From Octopus vulgaris (taxonomy: Eukaryota), in NCBI GenBank assembly GCA_951406725.2, contig OX597839.1:39184001-39248000 (forward strand): 64,000 bases of DNA, read 5' to 3'. Made by a program: the position numbers and the translations under genes. The notes under the pieces were generated by a model. The model was not told the DNA's origin and ran no database searches. It saw only the letters and a program-made list of their open reading frames with translations. Below are positions 1 to 12,990 of the stretch, in pieces (position 1 is the stretch's first letter; each line of letters begins with the position of its first letter).

Positions 1-205
1 TGGCATCTATTCGGTGGTCAAATTGAAAAGCCACTTTTCGGATTCATTTGGTATCGAACTCGTAATCCGTCAGTTCGGTGATTGTGTTGGTGGTCCTTGT
101 TGTTACTGTGGTGAGATGGTGTAATGGTGACGTTGTTTTGATTCTGGGGCCATTGCTGCAGAAAATGGAAAGAGCGAGGAGTATCTAGTTCGAACTAGGT
201 TAAAG

Positions 206-830
206 GTGAACTGCCTAGACGAAGCCATTGTCATCGTGTTGGACATTTAGGATACAGAAGCGGTCGAAATTATAGTAGAAGAGTATCAAAATTATGCAGG
301 AGCACGCATCAATTGGGACAAGTCAGTGGGGTAATAACTTGGCATTTGGAGAGACAATATCATGTTGCTCAGTGGCGGGTTCTCTTACTGGACCGAAGGC
401 TCAGTTAAGGTGCCTGGAGTCTGATTTAGACGAAACTTCCAAGCAAACGAGAACCCGGGTGAGTTTGCTTCAAGGCAGCCAGTCACACTCAAAAATGGGC
501 CGAGAGGAAGTTGTTTTCGAAAAGTCTAGCAGATGCTACTGTCTACCTACATCGCCACGTCTGTGTACTGTACCTAACCGTTGAATCTTGACCCAACGAG
601 TATCTAAACAAACTAGAGCGAATGCATTTCTGCTTCATGTGGAAGAGACGTGTTCTGCTGGTTAAGAAGTCCATCTTCTACCAAAGCTCATTCCATGGTG
701 ATCTCAGGATGCCTTTTATGATGATGCGTCGACACGCTCTGATGTTGATGCACCCGAAGAAATATCTGGCGCACAGCAATTTTCACGATAAGGACGAAAA
801 TAATAGCAGACTGCCGTAGGCGACTTACGT
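206..830 (+). mobile_element. Decayed L1/Tx1-clade LINE, reverse transcriptase C-terminal/thumb region (stops and frameshifts)
   Basis: Manual translation gives EEYQNYAGARINWDKSVG**LGIWR...WTEGSVKVPGV*F...QKWAERKL...LNKLERMHFCFMWKRRVLLVKKSIFYQSSFHGDLRMP. This matches the L1/Tx1 pattern Y..ASGAKIN..KS...LG.W, VK.LGV.F, W..R.LS, F.F.W, GGLG.P. Confidence 0.75.
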
Positions 831-1044
831 GCGACACGTCTTGCTGCAGTTTTTTCTATTTAGTCGAGCTGCAAACGTGAATCAAACATAGATCGATGAG
901 TGTTTGGCAACTAGAATGTTGTTAAGCTCTCCACAGAACTCGATCAGATGGACAATACCATCGGGTAGTGGTGGTGGAAGTGGGGTGGGGAAAACATCTC
1001 TTAATTTCCATCGAGAGTTCGTTGACGATATATTTCTAGCAGCT

Positions 1045-1278
1045 GAAGGCGGCGAACTGGCAGAAACGTTAGCACGCCGGGCGAAATGCGTAGCCGTATT
1101 TCGTCTGTCGTTACGTTCTGAGTTCAAATTCCGCCGAGATCGACTTTGCCTTTCATCCTTTCGGGGTCGATAAATTAAGTACCAGTTACGCATTGGGGTA
1201 GATGTAAACGACTTGATCCGTTTGTCTGTCCATGTTTGTCCCCTCTATGTTTAATCCCTTGTGGGCAATAAAGAAATA
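1045..1278 (+). mobile_element. tRNA-derived SINE family A, full length, tail type 1
   Basis: Head GGCGGCGAACTGGCAGAAACGTTAG (A-box-like), B-box GAGTTCAAATTCC, core GACTTTGCCTTTCATCCTTTCGGGGTCGATAAATTAAGTACCAG. Flanking direct repeat ATATATTTCTAGCAGCT at 1028-1044 and 1278-1294. Confidence 0.9.
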
Positions 1279-1304
1279 TATATTTCTAGCAGCTCTTTTT
1301 GCTA

Positions 1305-1445
1305 TGAGTTCAAATTCCGCCGAGGTCGACTTCGCCTTTCATCCCTGCGTGTTCGATAAAATAAAATACTATTCAAATAACGTGATCGATGTCATCGACC
1401 ACCCCCTTCTCCAATTGTTTGTTTTGAGCTAAAATTTGAAACAAA
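1305..1445 (+). mobile_element. Older partial SINE-A copy
   Basis: GAGTTCAAATTCCGCCGAGGTCGACTTCGCCTTTCATCC with a diverged alternative tail. Confidence 0.7.
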
Positions 1446-1989
1446 TATTATTATTATTATTATTGTTGTTGTTGTTATATCCTTGTTTTTTTTCCTCTTG
1501 ATCGTTGTAAATCTCACCTTTTGGGTTGCCTTTCGTCGTTTGATGTTGTACTCAGTCTCATGGGCCCTTGTGGCCAATAAAAGAAATTATTATTGCTCTT
1601 GTTGTTGTTGTTAAGGATAGTGGATATGCTATGCTATGCTATGCTGTTTCGAAACGGTGAATCTTCCGAACTGGCACTCAATATAGCTAATTTTGATTTT
1701 ATTTTTTTCTCTACTTCGATTATGTCATGTGGGATTGATCGTTTATCGATCTATGGATCTAACCTCAAAAACAAAAATTAAATCTGATCAAAATCGTTTG
1801 CTTGTGATTTTGTTTTTTAAAAAAAAAAAAAAAATGCTTTTCTCCATTTTCTTTCCTTTTCTTTTATTTATTACTTTTTTTTTATATCAAATAAATCGCA
1901 ATTAGTGTTAGACTCGGTCCTGTTGGTTAGTTCGAAGATTTATGGAGAGAAAGGTCGAGGTTAAATTAAGAATAAATTAAATGTCCTTT

Positions 1990-2375
1990 TCATGTATGCA
2001 TGTGTGAGTGTATAAATATATGTACGCACGCGGTGTATGTATGAATGTACGTTTGCATGTATGTATGTACGTTTGCATGTATGTATGTATGTATGTATGT
2101 ATGTATGTATGTATGTATGTATGTATGTATGTATGTATGTATGTATGTATGCATGCATGCATGCATGCATGCTTGTATGTATGTATGTATCTTTGTATGT
2201 ATGTATGTATCTTTGTATGTATGTATGTATGTATGCATGCATGTTTGTATGTATGTATGTATGTATGTATGTGTGAATATATGTACATGTGTATTTATGT
2301 AAATGTGTACATATGTGTATGTATGTATGTATGTATGTATGTATGTATGTATGTATGTATGTATGTATGTATGTA
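1990..2375. repeat. (TATG)n/(CATG)n tetranucleotide microsatellite
   Basis: Directly visible; it explains the HTYI/CMYV ORFs. Confidence 0.97.
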
Positions 2376-2589
2376 GCAATAATTATTGTCGCGTTGATCC
2401 TCTATTCCCACTAATGCAAATATATTAAAAATGTCACTTTTGAAGTGATTTAAGTTTATTTTTCATTAAAGTCAGCCATATTGAACTGACATCAACTCGT
2501 GGCTTTCTGGTCGAGTCTTCAGCAGGTTATCTTTGTATGGTCTGTTTGCGTTTTCGAAATTTCCATCATAATTCTCTACCAATTAACTT

Positions 2590-3170
2590 CTTTTATCATT
2601 TACGTGTTTCAGTCACTGACCTTCGGCCATGCTGGGGCAATGTCTTGAATGGTTTTGGTCGAACAGATCAACACCAATACTTTTTATTTGTAAAAATAGA
2701 CCAGTACTTACTCTACCAGTCTCTTTACTGAACAGCTGAGTAACGAAGATGTGAGTAGACCAATAGTAAAAGACCCTGTTCTAGGTCCCTCACAGTGGGA
2801 CTAAATCCGACACTAAATAATAGCGGGGCGGGGTGGGTGGGTCAAGCTTCTTGCGCCCACAGCCGCGTCTGGAAATTTGATTTCTGTCTCACCGTCACAT
2901 ATTCTTCAACCATTTCTTAATTTTGATAATTCTTCTCTCATTAACGCTTTTCCAATGTTATTCTATAACTTTTATCTTGTAATTATTTCCGTCACTGAAC
3001 TGCGGCCATGCTGGGGCACAGGTTGAAAGTTTTTTTTTTTTACTAGGAACAAAATCAACCCCAGTATCTATGCTGTTTTTCAAGTCTCATACTTGAGGTT
3101 CTATTGCAGAACCAGTAAGTTACGTGCAAGAAAACAAACTTAAACAGGTTGTGAAATAGTGTGGTGGACG

Positions 3171-3226
<56 letters not shown>

Positions 3227-3345
3227 TGTACGTACACGGCGGACTTCTTCAGTTTCCCTCCACAAAATTCACCCACAAGGCATCGACCGACTCTGGACTA
3301 TATTGTAAGATACCAGACTGTCACACAATGGTGCTAAACTCGAAA
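2590..3345 (-). mobile_element. Two diverged SINE-B copies (about 2590-2815 and 2985-3345)
   Basis: Reverse-strand tail TTTCAGTCA..GACT/GCGGCCATGCTGGGGCA, plus CTTCTTCAGTTTCC..CAAAATTCACCCACAAGGC. Confidence 0.7.
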
Positions 3346-3572
3346 CCACTTAACGACTTAGACATGCCTGCAACTATTTAACGTGGCGACTCAGTTTTAT
3401 TCCTCGTAAGAACAGTTCTATATTTGAGAAAAGTCAGTATAATTGGGAAGACAAGCATAGATTTATAGTATAGAAGGGTAATGATCTATAAGCTCGGCCC
3501 CTACCACCAGAAAACGTGGAGTTCTTTACCCATAAAAACAATATTGTTTGCCCAGATTGATATCTCTTATGG

Positions 3573-3615
<43 letters not shown>

Positions 3616-4549
3616 CGTGTCCGTCAAAAAGTGGCTTGCGATAGATACAGACGATATGTGCTCAGACCGGACTAAGAATCAAAAATCCAATGCCAGGCGA
3701 AGGGTTACGGAATTAGAGCAAATAGGAGTTGGCTATCGGTAATGTATCGGTTGAGCTTATGAAAATTTAATGGTATAAAATAGAAGAGAGGTAGTCGCAA
3801 AGGTATCAAATCATCTATAACACATTAACTCAGAAGTGAATATAAATTTAGCAGAAAAACTGGAGAATCAGGAGAGAGAAAGTTCAAAGTGGTTCCTCAT
3901 AGAAAGATATAAATCCTGAAAGTTCATACTGTAACATCCATGAGGAGATAGAGGAGAATTCGAATAAGTTCTTCGTATTTGTTCAACCTGGCCAGGTAAG
4001 TTACCTGTTGCATTCTCTACTCTATTACTTGCGAAATTTGAGTAGTAATTTCCAGGATTTTTATCTACCTGTCCAGAATAAGCCAACACACACACACACA
4101 CACACGAGTGAACGAAAGTAGCATTCAACATATTTGGTAGGAGTTAACGTATTTAATAACAGTTTGCCTGAGCCCTGCATTACTTCAAGTTTCGTGGGTG
4201 GAGGGCACGTCGATCTTGTCAGATGCTCACACCACAACAGCAACAGTAGTAAGAGCTGTTGCTACAGTTATTTTTCTCCTTTACCATCATCTTTACTACT
4301 GATGTTTCCGTTACTATTAATATTAAGAGCGGTGGTATCATCATCATTATTATTATTATTATTATTATTATTAGTAGTAGTAGTAGTAGTAGTAGTAGTT
4401 GTTGTTGTTACCGTTGTTCCCCTTCTTCCTGCCGCCTCCTCTCACTCTCTCCTCCTCCTCCTCCTCCCAGTCCTCCTTCTGTTGTTGTTTCGGTGTTTAT
4501 TAGAGCGTAACCATTGATACTTCCACAACACACCTCAGTGATTTCTGTC

Positions 4550-4602
4550 TTACACAATGGCAGTTGGAAATATGGTGGAGCAGATATAGCAACAACCACG
4601 TT

Positions 4603-4641
<39 letters not shown>

Positions 4642-4672
4642 TGTAATCTCAACAGATACACATATACAACAC

Positions 4673-4722
<50 letters not shown>

Positions 4723-4881
4723 CGGCAACAAATACGTTCTGAATACATACACACTCACACACACACACACACAGTTAAATACACACAACATACACCTCTA
4801 TAACACAACATACACACATACAAACAAATGCATACACATACAGAATCATACCAACAAGCAGATATTGCAGCAACAATTTCG

Positions 4882-4939
<58 letters not shown>

Positions 4940-5032
4940 CCGCACGCACATATGCATGCAAATATAGAAATACATCTATACAACGCATAAAGCATACACA
5001 TACAAAGAGAAATATAGACATCTATACAACAC

Positions 5033-5076
<44 letters not shown>

Positions 5077-5500
5077 TAGATACACACAGCGTTCACAACT
5101 CTCAACACACACACACACACACACAAACACATAACACACATTCAAACACATCCATAGACACACAAGCATATCCATTCATACGTAAACACACACACATACG
5201 CAACATATACAGAACTCAATATATACACACTTAGAAGTGCACAAAACCACACACACACACACACACACACTCACGTACTTACACACACGTAAACATTCAA
5301 TGTATAGACACATACTCAGCATACACGTACACAGATACACATAAACACTCGACGTACAGAAACACTCAGTAAACACACACGCTCACACTTAAAGACATAC
5401 ACACACACAGACATTGAAGATCTGCATACATACATACTCAACACAGATACACTCAATACACATACATACAAAAACGTACATACACATACAACACACATGC
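4550..5500. repeat. Compound degenerate (CA)n/(TA)n microsatellite field
   Basis: Many CA runs interspersed with short CA-rich spacers. Confidence 0.9.
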
Positions 5501-5567
5501 AAAGTTTATTATAAGCGTATGCGTGGCTTTGTGTATACCTGTGTGTGTACGTGTATTTATGAAAGCA

Positions 5568-5959
5568 GTGGAGGCGCCATGGCCCAGTGGTTAGGGCAGC
5601 GGACTCGCGGTCATAGGATCGCGGTTTCGATTCCCAGACCGGGCGTTGTGAGTGTTTATTGAGCGAAAACACGTAAAGCTCCACGAGGCTCCGGCAGGGG
5701 ATGGTGGTGATCCCTGCTGTACTCTTTTACCACAACTTTCCCTCACTCTTTCTTCCTGTTTCTGTTGTACCTGTATTTCAAAGGGCCGGCGTTGTCACTC
5801 TCTGTGTCACGCTGAATATCCCCGAGAACTACGTTAAGGGTGCACGTGTCTGTGGAGTGCTCAGCCACTTACACGTTAATTTCACGAGCAGGCTGTTCCG
5901 TTGATCGGATCAACCGGAACCCTCGTCGTCGTAACCGACGGAGTGCTTCCATCCATTCC
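5568..5959 (+). mobile_element. tRNA(Arg)-like SINE family C, full length, tail type 1 (resembles Octopus OR-type SINEs)
   Basis: A box TGGCCCAGTGG, B box GGTTTCGATTCC. 13-bp TSD ATTTATGAAAGCA at 5555-5567 and 5960-5972. Further copies at 41742 and 56227. Confidence 0.9.
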
Positions 5960-6160
5960 ATTTATGAAAGCATGTGTAAGTATTGCATATCTATGTGAAG
6001 GTGTGTGAGTGTACACAAGTATATCTTCGTGTGTATCACTATACGAGTGTGTGAATGTGTGTGTGTTATCATGTACGTCGTACACGCATGCGTATGCATA
6101 CAAGTGTGTGTTATTGTGTTTGTGTTTGTACGTATGCAGGTAAATGTATATGTCTATTTT

Positions 6161-6397
6161 GAAGGCGGCGATCTGGCAGAAACGTTAGCACACCGGGCGA
6201 AATGCTTAGCAGTATTTCGTCCCGTCTTTACGTTCTGAGTTCGAATTCCGCCGAGGTCGACTTTGCCTTTCATCCTTTCGGGGTCGATAAATACAGTACC
6301 AGTTACGCACTGGGGGTCGATGTAATCGACTTAATCCGTGTGTCTGTTCTTGTTTATCCCCTCTATGTTTAGCCCCTTGTGGGCAATAAGGAAATAT
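6161..6397 (+). mobile_element. SINE-A, full length
   Basis: Near-identical to 1045-1278. Confidence 0.9.
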
Positions 6398-6410
6398 ATA
6401 TGAATATAAT

Positions 6411-6444
<34 letters not shown>

Positions 6445-6629
6445 CGCGCGAGAATAGGCTTGTGTTTGCGTGTAAACGAGTTATCATACTTGTGTATTAG
6501 TGTGTTTGCATGTTTGTCATGTATATGTATATATATATGTTTACTCTCATATGTATATGTGCGGGTATCTTTTGTCTTTTAATTGTTTCAATCATTGGAC
6601 TGCGGCCATGCTGGGGCAACGCCTTGAAA

Positions 6630-7271
6630 GGTAGGAGACTAGGTGGCTGGCAGGTTTTCTGAAGTTAGTATTGCAAACCATGAGATCATTTGCGTCACAG
6701 AACTCCAGTAGCCTGGTTCCCTCCTCATTGCGAGAGTCAAAACCGTAGCCTCCATGTATGCCATGGAAGCCCTCGACATGTTGTCCAACAGGTCCATTGA
6801 AGTTGCCAGCCACAAAGAGAAGGTCCCTGTCATTCGTCAACGCGGTAGTCTGCAAGAGGGTGTCATAAAATCGGTCTTTCTGTCCATCAGGTAGCCCTGG
6901 CTGAGGGGCATAGGCCGAGATAATGGTTGCTAACCAATGATGGAGCACTAATCTCATCTTAAGTATTCTGTCGCATACTCTGACTACCTCAATTACTTTA
7001 TCTACCCATTTCTCCACGAGAAGTATACCCACACTCCTAAACCCGTCAGTGTTCCCTGTTCAGAAAATCTTGTGCCTGTGAGGAACCTAGCAGAACCTCC
7101 TCTCTACCTAACTTCTTGGATGCAGCACGTATCGACACATCTCCGTTCAAGCATCTCAACAATCTCACCAGACCTACCTTTGAGTGTGCCGACGTTGAGA
7201 GTGCCAACCCTGAGGGTGTGGGAGGAATGGGCCCTAGGGATCCTGGGACGGGGGACAGTGGCATCATGTAC
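6630..7271 (-). mobile_element. RTE-clade LINE 5' fragment encoding the AP-like endonuclease (degenerate)
   Basis: Translates to LRVGTLNVGTLKGRSGEIVEMLERR..DTCCIQEVR, GILLVEKW, ISAYAPQ, AGNFNG.VG, GYGF..RNEEG.RLLEFC..NDL.V.NT.F.K. These are canonical RTE endonuclease motifs; there is an internal stop/deletion. Confidence 0.88.
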
Positions 7272-7488
7272 CTGAAAAGAGAGCTCTCATTTGGCAGATT
7301 TCATGAGCAAACAATGATCTTAAGTTAAACCTGCTTACAATACACTATCATGTTTTGCACTGTATAATCACTACCTTATATAGTAGGGGTGGGGTTGACG
7401 TAAGGCCTTTAGGTGTTCATGGGAGACAAGCAAAGGAGGACGAGATGAGGACTTCCGGTACAAGTAGAGGGGGTGGGACGGCGGGCGT

Positions 7489-8982
7489 ACCGCAGGAAAC
7501 TGGCAACCATGGGCTAGGAATTAAGAGACAGAAAGGGCCGATAGATAGGCTTATAGTATAGGAATTAAATAGACAGAGTGAAGGCCGGTAGATGACGCAG
7601 GAGGAATGGCTCCGTGATTTGGAGAAAGACAAGATTAGAGACGAAAGATTGTGTGATCGTGTGATGAATTTTCATGAGTGAAAGAATCTGTCGCAAATTA
7701 AGGAAATGCATGAGCTAGGATTGAAGACGAAAAGACATCGACAGTAAGACGGAAAGACAGAATAGCGAGAAAATAATAAGGGTTTATGGTGATAATACTC
7801 GCAAAAATACATTGAAAGGAGTAGCGAGTTGAAAGCTTAAAATCTCTTATCTGAAATTCTTTATCCTCTGAGAATCGTGTTTATAGCCAGAGTATGGAAA
7901 TTAATAGAAGGGTCAAGCAGCGTGCATTAGTTTATATAGGGTGGAGGAAGCTGTAAAGGGTGGGAAATAGGAAGTAGTGAGTCTTGGCTAGACGGGTGGT
8001 AATCGGAAGAGAGTGAGATATAGACACAGATTGGCGGTCGATAGAGAAAGAGAGAGAGGGGGGCACATAGTGAGAAAGAGAGGGGAGACACGACACGACA
8101 ACGAACCGCAGCGAACTGCCAACGATGGGCTAGGAATTAAGAGACAGAAAAGCCCGATAGATAGGTAGATAGATGGATAGATAGATAGATAGGTAGATAG
8201 ATAGGCATACACTGTAGGAATTAAATAGACAGAGTGAAGGCCGATAGATGAGCTAGTGGGTGGAGTGTCTGCACACGCTGTAGCAATGGTTCCGGGATTT
8301 GGAGAAATCTCTCTCTATATAAACGGCAGTTTGTCTGTGCGTGTTTCTGTGTGTCTGTTTGCTTGTACCCTCACCCTGACCACGGCTTTCAACCGATTCT
8401 GATGAAACTTGACACACATATAGCCCAATGTCATAATTCAAAACTATCGCAGCGAAAATGTTGAAAAGTTCCCCAGTTCTGAAAAAAATCGATAAATTCG
8501 ACATGGTGTCGAGAATCAGAAACACGAACCACAAACTGTCTAGGGGACGCAACTCCACCTTTTTTAAATCTCAAAAAAAAATTTACCATCATGTTTTTCC
8601 ATTTTTTGGCTATTTTTTGGCTATAACTCTCTAAAAATGCTTTATAGTTATTTCCCTTACAAACCTGAGCAACGCCGGGCGATACTGCTAGTACAAGATA
8701 ATAGAAGAAAGACAGTGTGATCGTGTGATAAATTTTTATGATTGAAAGAAAATGTCACAAACAAAGGAAATGCGTGAGCTAGGTTTTAAGATGAAAAGAC
8801 ATCGACAGAACGAGAAAATAATAAGGGTTTATGGTGATAATACTCGCAAAAATACAATGAAAGGAGTAGCAAGTTGAAAGCTTAAAATCTCTTATCTGAA
8901 ATTCTTCATCCTCTGAGAATTGTGTTTAGATCCAGGGTATCGAAGTCAATAGATGGGTCAAGCAGTGTGGATTAGTTTATAT
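7489..8982 (+). repeat. Local direct duplication of about 450 bp (7489-7937 and 8105-8982); the second copy is interrupted by a Helitron
   Basis: Shared blocks GGGCTAGGAATTAAGAGACAGAAA, GAGAAAATAATAAGGGTTTATGGTGATAATACTCGCAAAAATACA and GTTGAAAGCTTAAAATCTCTTATCTGAAATTCTT. Confidence 0.9.
8308..8691 (+). mobile_element. Non-autonomous Helitron
   Basis: 5' TC, 3' CTAG, subterminal hairpin CCTGAGCAACGCCGGG. Inserted between A and T with no TSD; the empty site GGAGAAAGACAAG is in the other copy of the duplication at about 7621. Confidence 0.9.
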
Positions 8983-9368
8983 CGGTCTTATGTTCACGAA
9001 CCCGTATATTACGGGAACGTAAACACACCAACACCACTTGTCAAGCGGTGTTGGGAGATACAAACACACACACACACACGCACGCACGTTCGCGCACACA
9101 CTCACACGCATATACATGAGTGGTTACTTTCAGTTTCCGTCTACCAAATTCACTCACAAGGCTTTGGTCGGCCCGAGACTATTGTAGTAGACACTAGCGC
9201 AAGGAGCCGACCAGCGGGACTGAACCGGGAACTATGCGGTCGAGAAGCAAGCTTGCCACACAGCCACGTCTGTATTATATATATTATATACATAAGCGTA
9301 TGTATAAATTTATATGTATGTATATACGTGCACAAAAATATATGGCTATGTCATATACATATATGTAT

Positions 9369-9588
9369 ACTCTTTACTCTTTTACTTGTTTCAGTCATTT
9401 GACTGCGGCCATGCTGGAGCACCGCCTTTAATCGAACAACTCGACTCCGGGACTTATTCTTTTGCAAGCCCAGTACTTATTCTATCGGTCTCTTTTTGCC
9501 GAACCGCTACGTAACGGGTTCATAAACACACCAGCATCGGTTGTCAAGCAATGCTAGGGGGACAAACACAGACACACAAACACACACA

Positions 9589-9628
<40 letters not shown>

Positions 9629-9791
9629 TGCGACGGGCTTCCTTCAGTTTCCGTCTGCCAAATCCACTCACAAGGCTTTGGTCGGCCCGAGGCTATAGTA
9701 GAAGACACTTGCCCAAGGTGTCACGCAGTGGGACTGAACCCGGAACCATGTGGTTGGTAAGCAAGCTACTTACCACGCAGCCACTCCTGCG

Positions 9792-9792
<1 letters not shown>
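9369..9792 (-). mobile_element. tRNA-derived SINE family B, full length, with internal (TA)n(TG)n tract
   Basis: Head GCGCAGGAGTGGCTGCGTGGTAAG...GGTTCAGTCCC, CORE-like ACCTTGGGCAAGTG, tail CCAGCATGGCCGCAGTCAAATGACTGAAACAAGTAAAAGAG. A partial older copy lies at 8983-9265. Confidence 0.92.
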
Positions 9793-9823
<31 letters not shown>

Positions 9824-9824
9824 A

Positions 9825-9887
<63 letters not shown>

Positions 9888-10219
9888 GTTTATTCAGAAT
9901 GTTAAGCCTTGATTTATACATGTATATGTATGAGGTAGACAGCTATAAATTTGAATAAATGAATATGCGTGTGTATGTATACGAGGTGAGTGTATGGGTG
10001 TATATGATATACCTGCATTGTGGGCGTATCTAATCGTGTTACAATAATGGTATTGTTGTTGTTGTTATTGCTAATCCTCCCACCTCATGTTGGCCATATC
10101 CGGCAAGATCTGCTTCTCTAAGCTCTGCTAATCCCATAATACTACTGCCCATGCCAAAACCCTTTTAACCTAAATGGAGGAATCAATGGCCTACATCAAC
10201 CTTATCTGCATGTACTTAA

Positions 10220-10330
10220 AATCCATCTATCTATCTTCCTACATACCTATCTACCTACCTATCTATCTATCTATCTATCTATCTAAATATCTATCTATCT
10301 ATCTAAATATCTATCTATCTATCTAAATAT

Positions 10331-10373
<43 letters not shown>

Positions 10374-10530
10374 AATATCTATCTATCTATCTAAATATTT
10401 ATCTATCTATCAACCTATCTATCTTCCTACCTATCTATCTTCCTACCTACCTACCTATCTATCTTCCTACCTACCTACCTACCTACCTACCTATCTATCT
10501 ATCAATCAATCTATCTATCTATCTATTCCC
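10220..10530. repeat. (CTAT)n/(CTAC)n microsatellite
   Basis: Directly visible. Confidence 0.95.
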
Positions 10531-10649
10531 TGTTGATCTTTGTATCTGTCTATCTAATGACGGTCAGTAAGCCAAAACTTTGAAGACACTCCCCCCTCTC
10601 TCTCTCTCTCCCCTTCGTATGATTTAAAGGGATTTGGTGGCTATTTCTT

Positions 10650-10858
10650 ACGCACGTCGGGCGAAATGCGCAGCCGTATTTCGTCTGCCGTTACGTTCTG
10701 GGTTCAAATTCCGTCAAGGTCGACTTTGCCTTTCATCCTTTCGGGGTCGAGAAATTAAGTACCAGTTACGCACTGGGGTCAATGTAATCGACTTAATCCA
10801 TTTGTCTGTCCTTGTTTGTCCCCTCTGTGTTTAGCCCCTTGTGGGTAGTAAAGAAATA
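10650..10858 (+). mobile_element. SINE-A, 5'-truncated
   Basis: Matches family A from GCACGTCGGGCGAAATGC through the AAAGAAATA tail. Confidence 0.88.
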
Positions 10859-11274
10859 TATTTCTTACAGTTAGACGTACGCTATTCCACTTTAATATAC
10901 TGTCTCTTTCTCTGTCTGTCTGTCTGTCTCTCTCGCTCTCCCTATTTCCCCCTCTGTGAGCTTCGCTCGTTCGAGGTTTCCTTGGGCTACAGGCAAAGAA
11001 TATAATCTTAGACACATTATTTTCTATAAAAAAAAAAGACCAGTCGTTAAGAGCAATAACTTGAATACCACCACTGCCAACATCAACGACGACATTTTAG
11101 GAACCATGGTCCCGTGGTTAAGAATCTCCCTTTGCAACTATATGGTTTCCGGTTCAGTCCCAATGCGCGGCACCTTAGGTAAGTGTCTTCTAGTATAGCT
11201 CCAGGAAGCTTAATAACTTGTGGATGAATTTAGCAGACGGAAACTGTGAAAGTCCGTTGCATATATAATTTATT

Positions 11275-11545
11275 GTAGGGCTCATTTGAATCAAGGTATT
11301 TTAACATTCAGGACACCAGGAAAGGATAGATTTCAGCACATACGTGTATATACCACATACAAACACATTTCTTCAACGATGAAGAGGACCAATCGATATC
11401 TTGTATTTTTTTCTCCGAAACAATTTTTAATCACCCGAAGAAAACATTTAAAAAAAGTTTTTTCATGAAGTAATCGAGTTTTTGATCAATAAAAATGTGT
11501 ATGAAACAGCTGTAGCGAATCTTAAACCCATTTGTCTTCTTATTT
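11275..11545 (+). mobile_element. Possible Penelope-like terminal-repeat remnant
   Basis: Degenerate hammerhead-like pieces CGATGAAGAGG...CTCCGAAAC and GAAACAGCTGTA (palindromic ACAGCTGT), ending in (TA)n. Confidence 0.35.
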
Positions 11546-11558
11546 AATATATATATAT

Positions 11559-11592
<34 letters not shown>

Positions 11593-12198
11593 ACGTGTGT
11601 GATAGATAGACTGATAGATAGTGTGTGCGCATATGTGGCTTTCAGCTTATCCCCCGACCACCGTTTGACAACCAGCGCTGATTTGTTTACGGCCATGTAA
11701 CTTAGCGGTTCGACAAAAGATGCCGATGGAGTAAGAATCAAACTGTAAAAACATAAGAGTCCTGGGGGCGATTTATTTATTCGACAAAACACTTCAAGAC
11801 GGTGCCCCAGCATGGTCTGAGTCCAATTGACTGAAACAACAAAAAGATGAGAAAAAAATATAAGATAAATATTGCACGTGACGCTTTGAATTCCGCCATC
11901 ATTCAGATAAGGATTAAGTTTGGCTTAAATTGTTGTTATTATTATTATTATCATTATTATTAGTATTATTATTATTATTAAATCCTAAAATAAATTAACA
12001 ACAAAAGTAAAATCTTTCAAGAATTGAATAAAATAAATCGGACGTGAGAGTATTTTGAAACCCAAACCGTTTTTATTAACAGTTGCAAATGTAACGTCAA
12101 GACATTATAGGATGTGCACTCAAGTAGCAACATGGCGACACGCATCGTCATCATCAGCATTATTATTATTATCATTATTATTATTATTATTATTATTA

Positions 12199-12229
<31 letters not shown>

Positions 12230-12481
12230 GTTGGTTGCCAGTGACAGGGTGTTGGGGAGCAGCTTTGCTTTGCTTTGCTTTTCTTTTCTTTTTTTTCTAT
12301 TTGGTTAATTAATTTATTTATTTATTACTATTCATTTATTATTATTTTATAATTTTTGTTCTTTATCTGTTGAATTTTAATTTTCTTTCCACTAAATTGG
12401 CGGCTTAAGTAAATATTAGCCTGAAACGTAATTAATTAAATTTCTATCCCATTATATTATATTAAATTATACAATATTATC

Positions 12482-12534
<53 letters not shown>

Positions 12535-12689
12535 GTGTGTGTATATATATATGTGTGTGTGTGTGTGTACGTGTGTGTGTGTGTGTGTAAAATACACACA
12601 CACGTATGTCTAAGCATCACTTTCGATTATATACTTTTTCTTCGAAATATACGTTGATAAAAAACACTTAGACAACGTGCATTAAAAAA

Positions 12690-12990
12690 TGATGATCGAA
12701 ATGATGATGATGATGATGATGATGATGACGACGACGACGACAACAATAACGAAGATGATGATTGTAACGGTGATGGTGGTGATGTTGATCATAATGGTGA
12801 GGATGATGGTGATGATGATGATGATCACCGGCGATGATGATGACGATGATGATGATGATGATGATGAGAGTGGAAGCCGTGATATTTATGATGACGATGA
12901 TGGTAGCTCTGATGATGATGATGATGATGATGATGAAGATGATCATGATGCTGAAGATAATGATGATGATAACAACAACAACAAAAACAT
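12690..12990. repeat. Degenerate (GAT)n trinucleotide repeat
   Basis: Directly visible; it explains the poly-M/D/H ORFs. Confidence 0.95.

Noticed and set aside
3850-4000. Strong CAG|GTAAGT donor at about 3995
   Set aside because: All three upstream frames contain stops and there is no good acceptor; no supportable exon.
5570-5645. tRNA-Arg-like sequence
   Set aside because: It is the head of SINE-C: it continues into the SINE body, has TSDs and lacks a proper acceptor stem.
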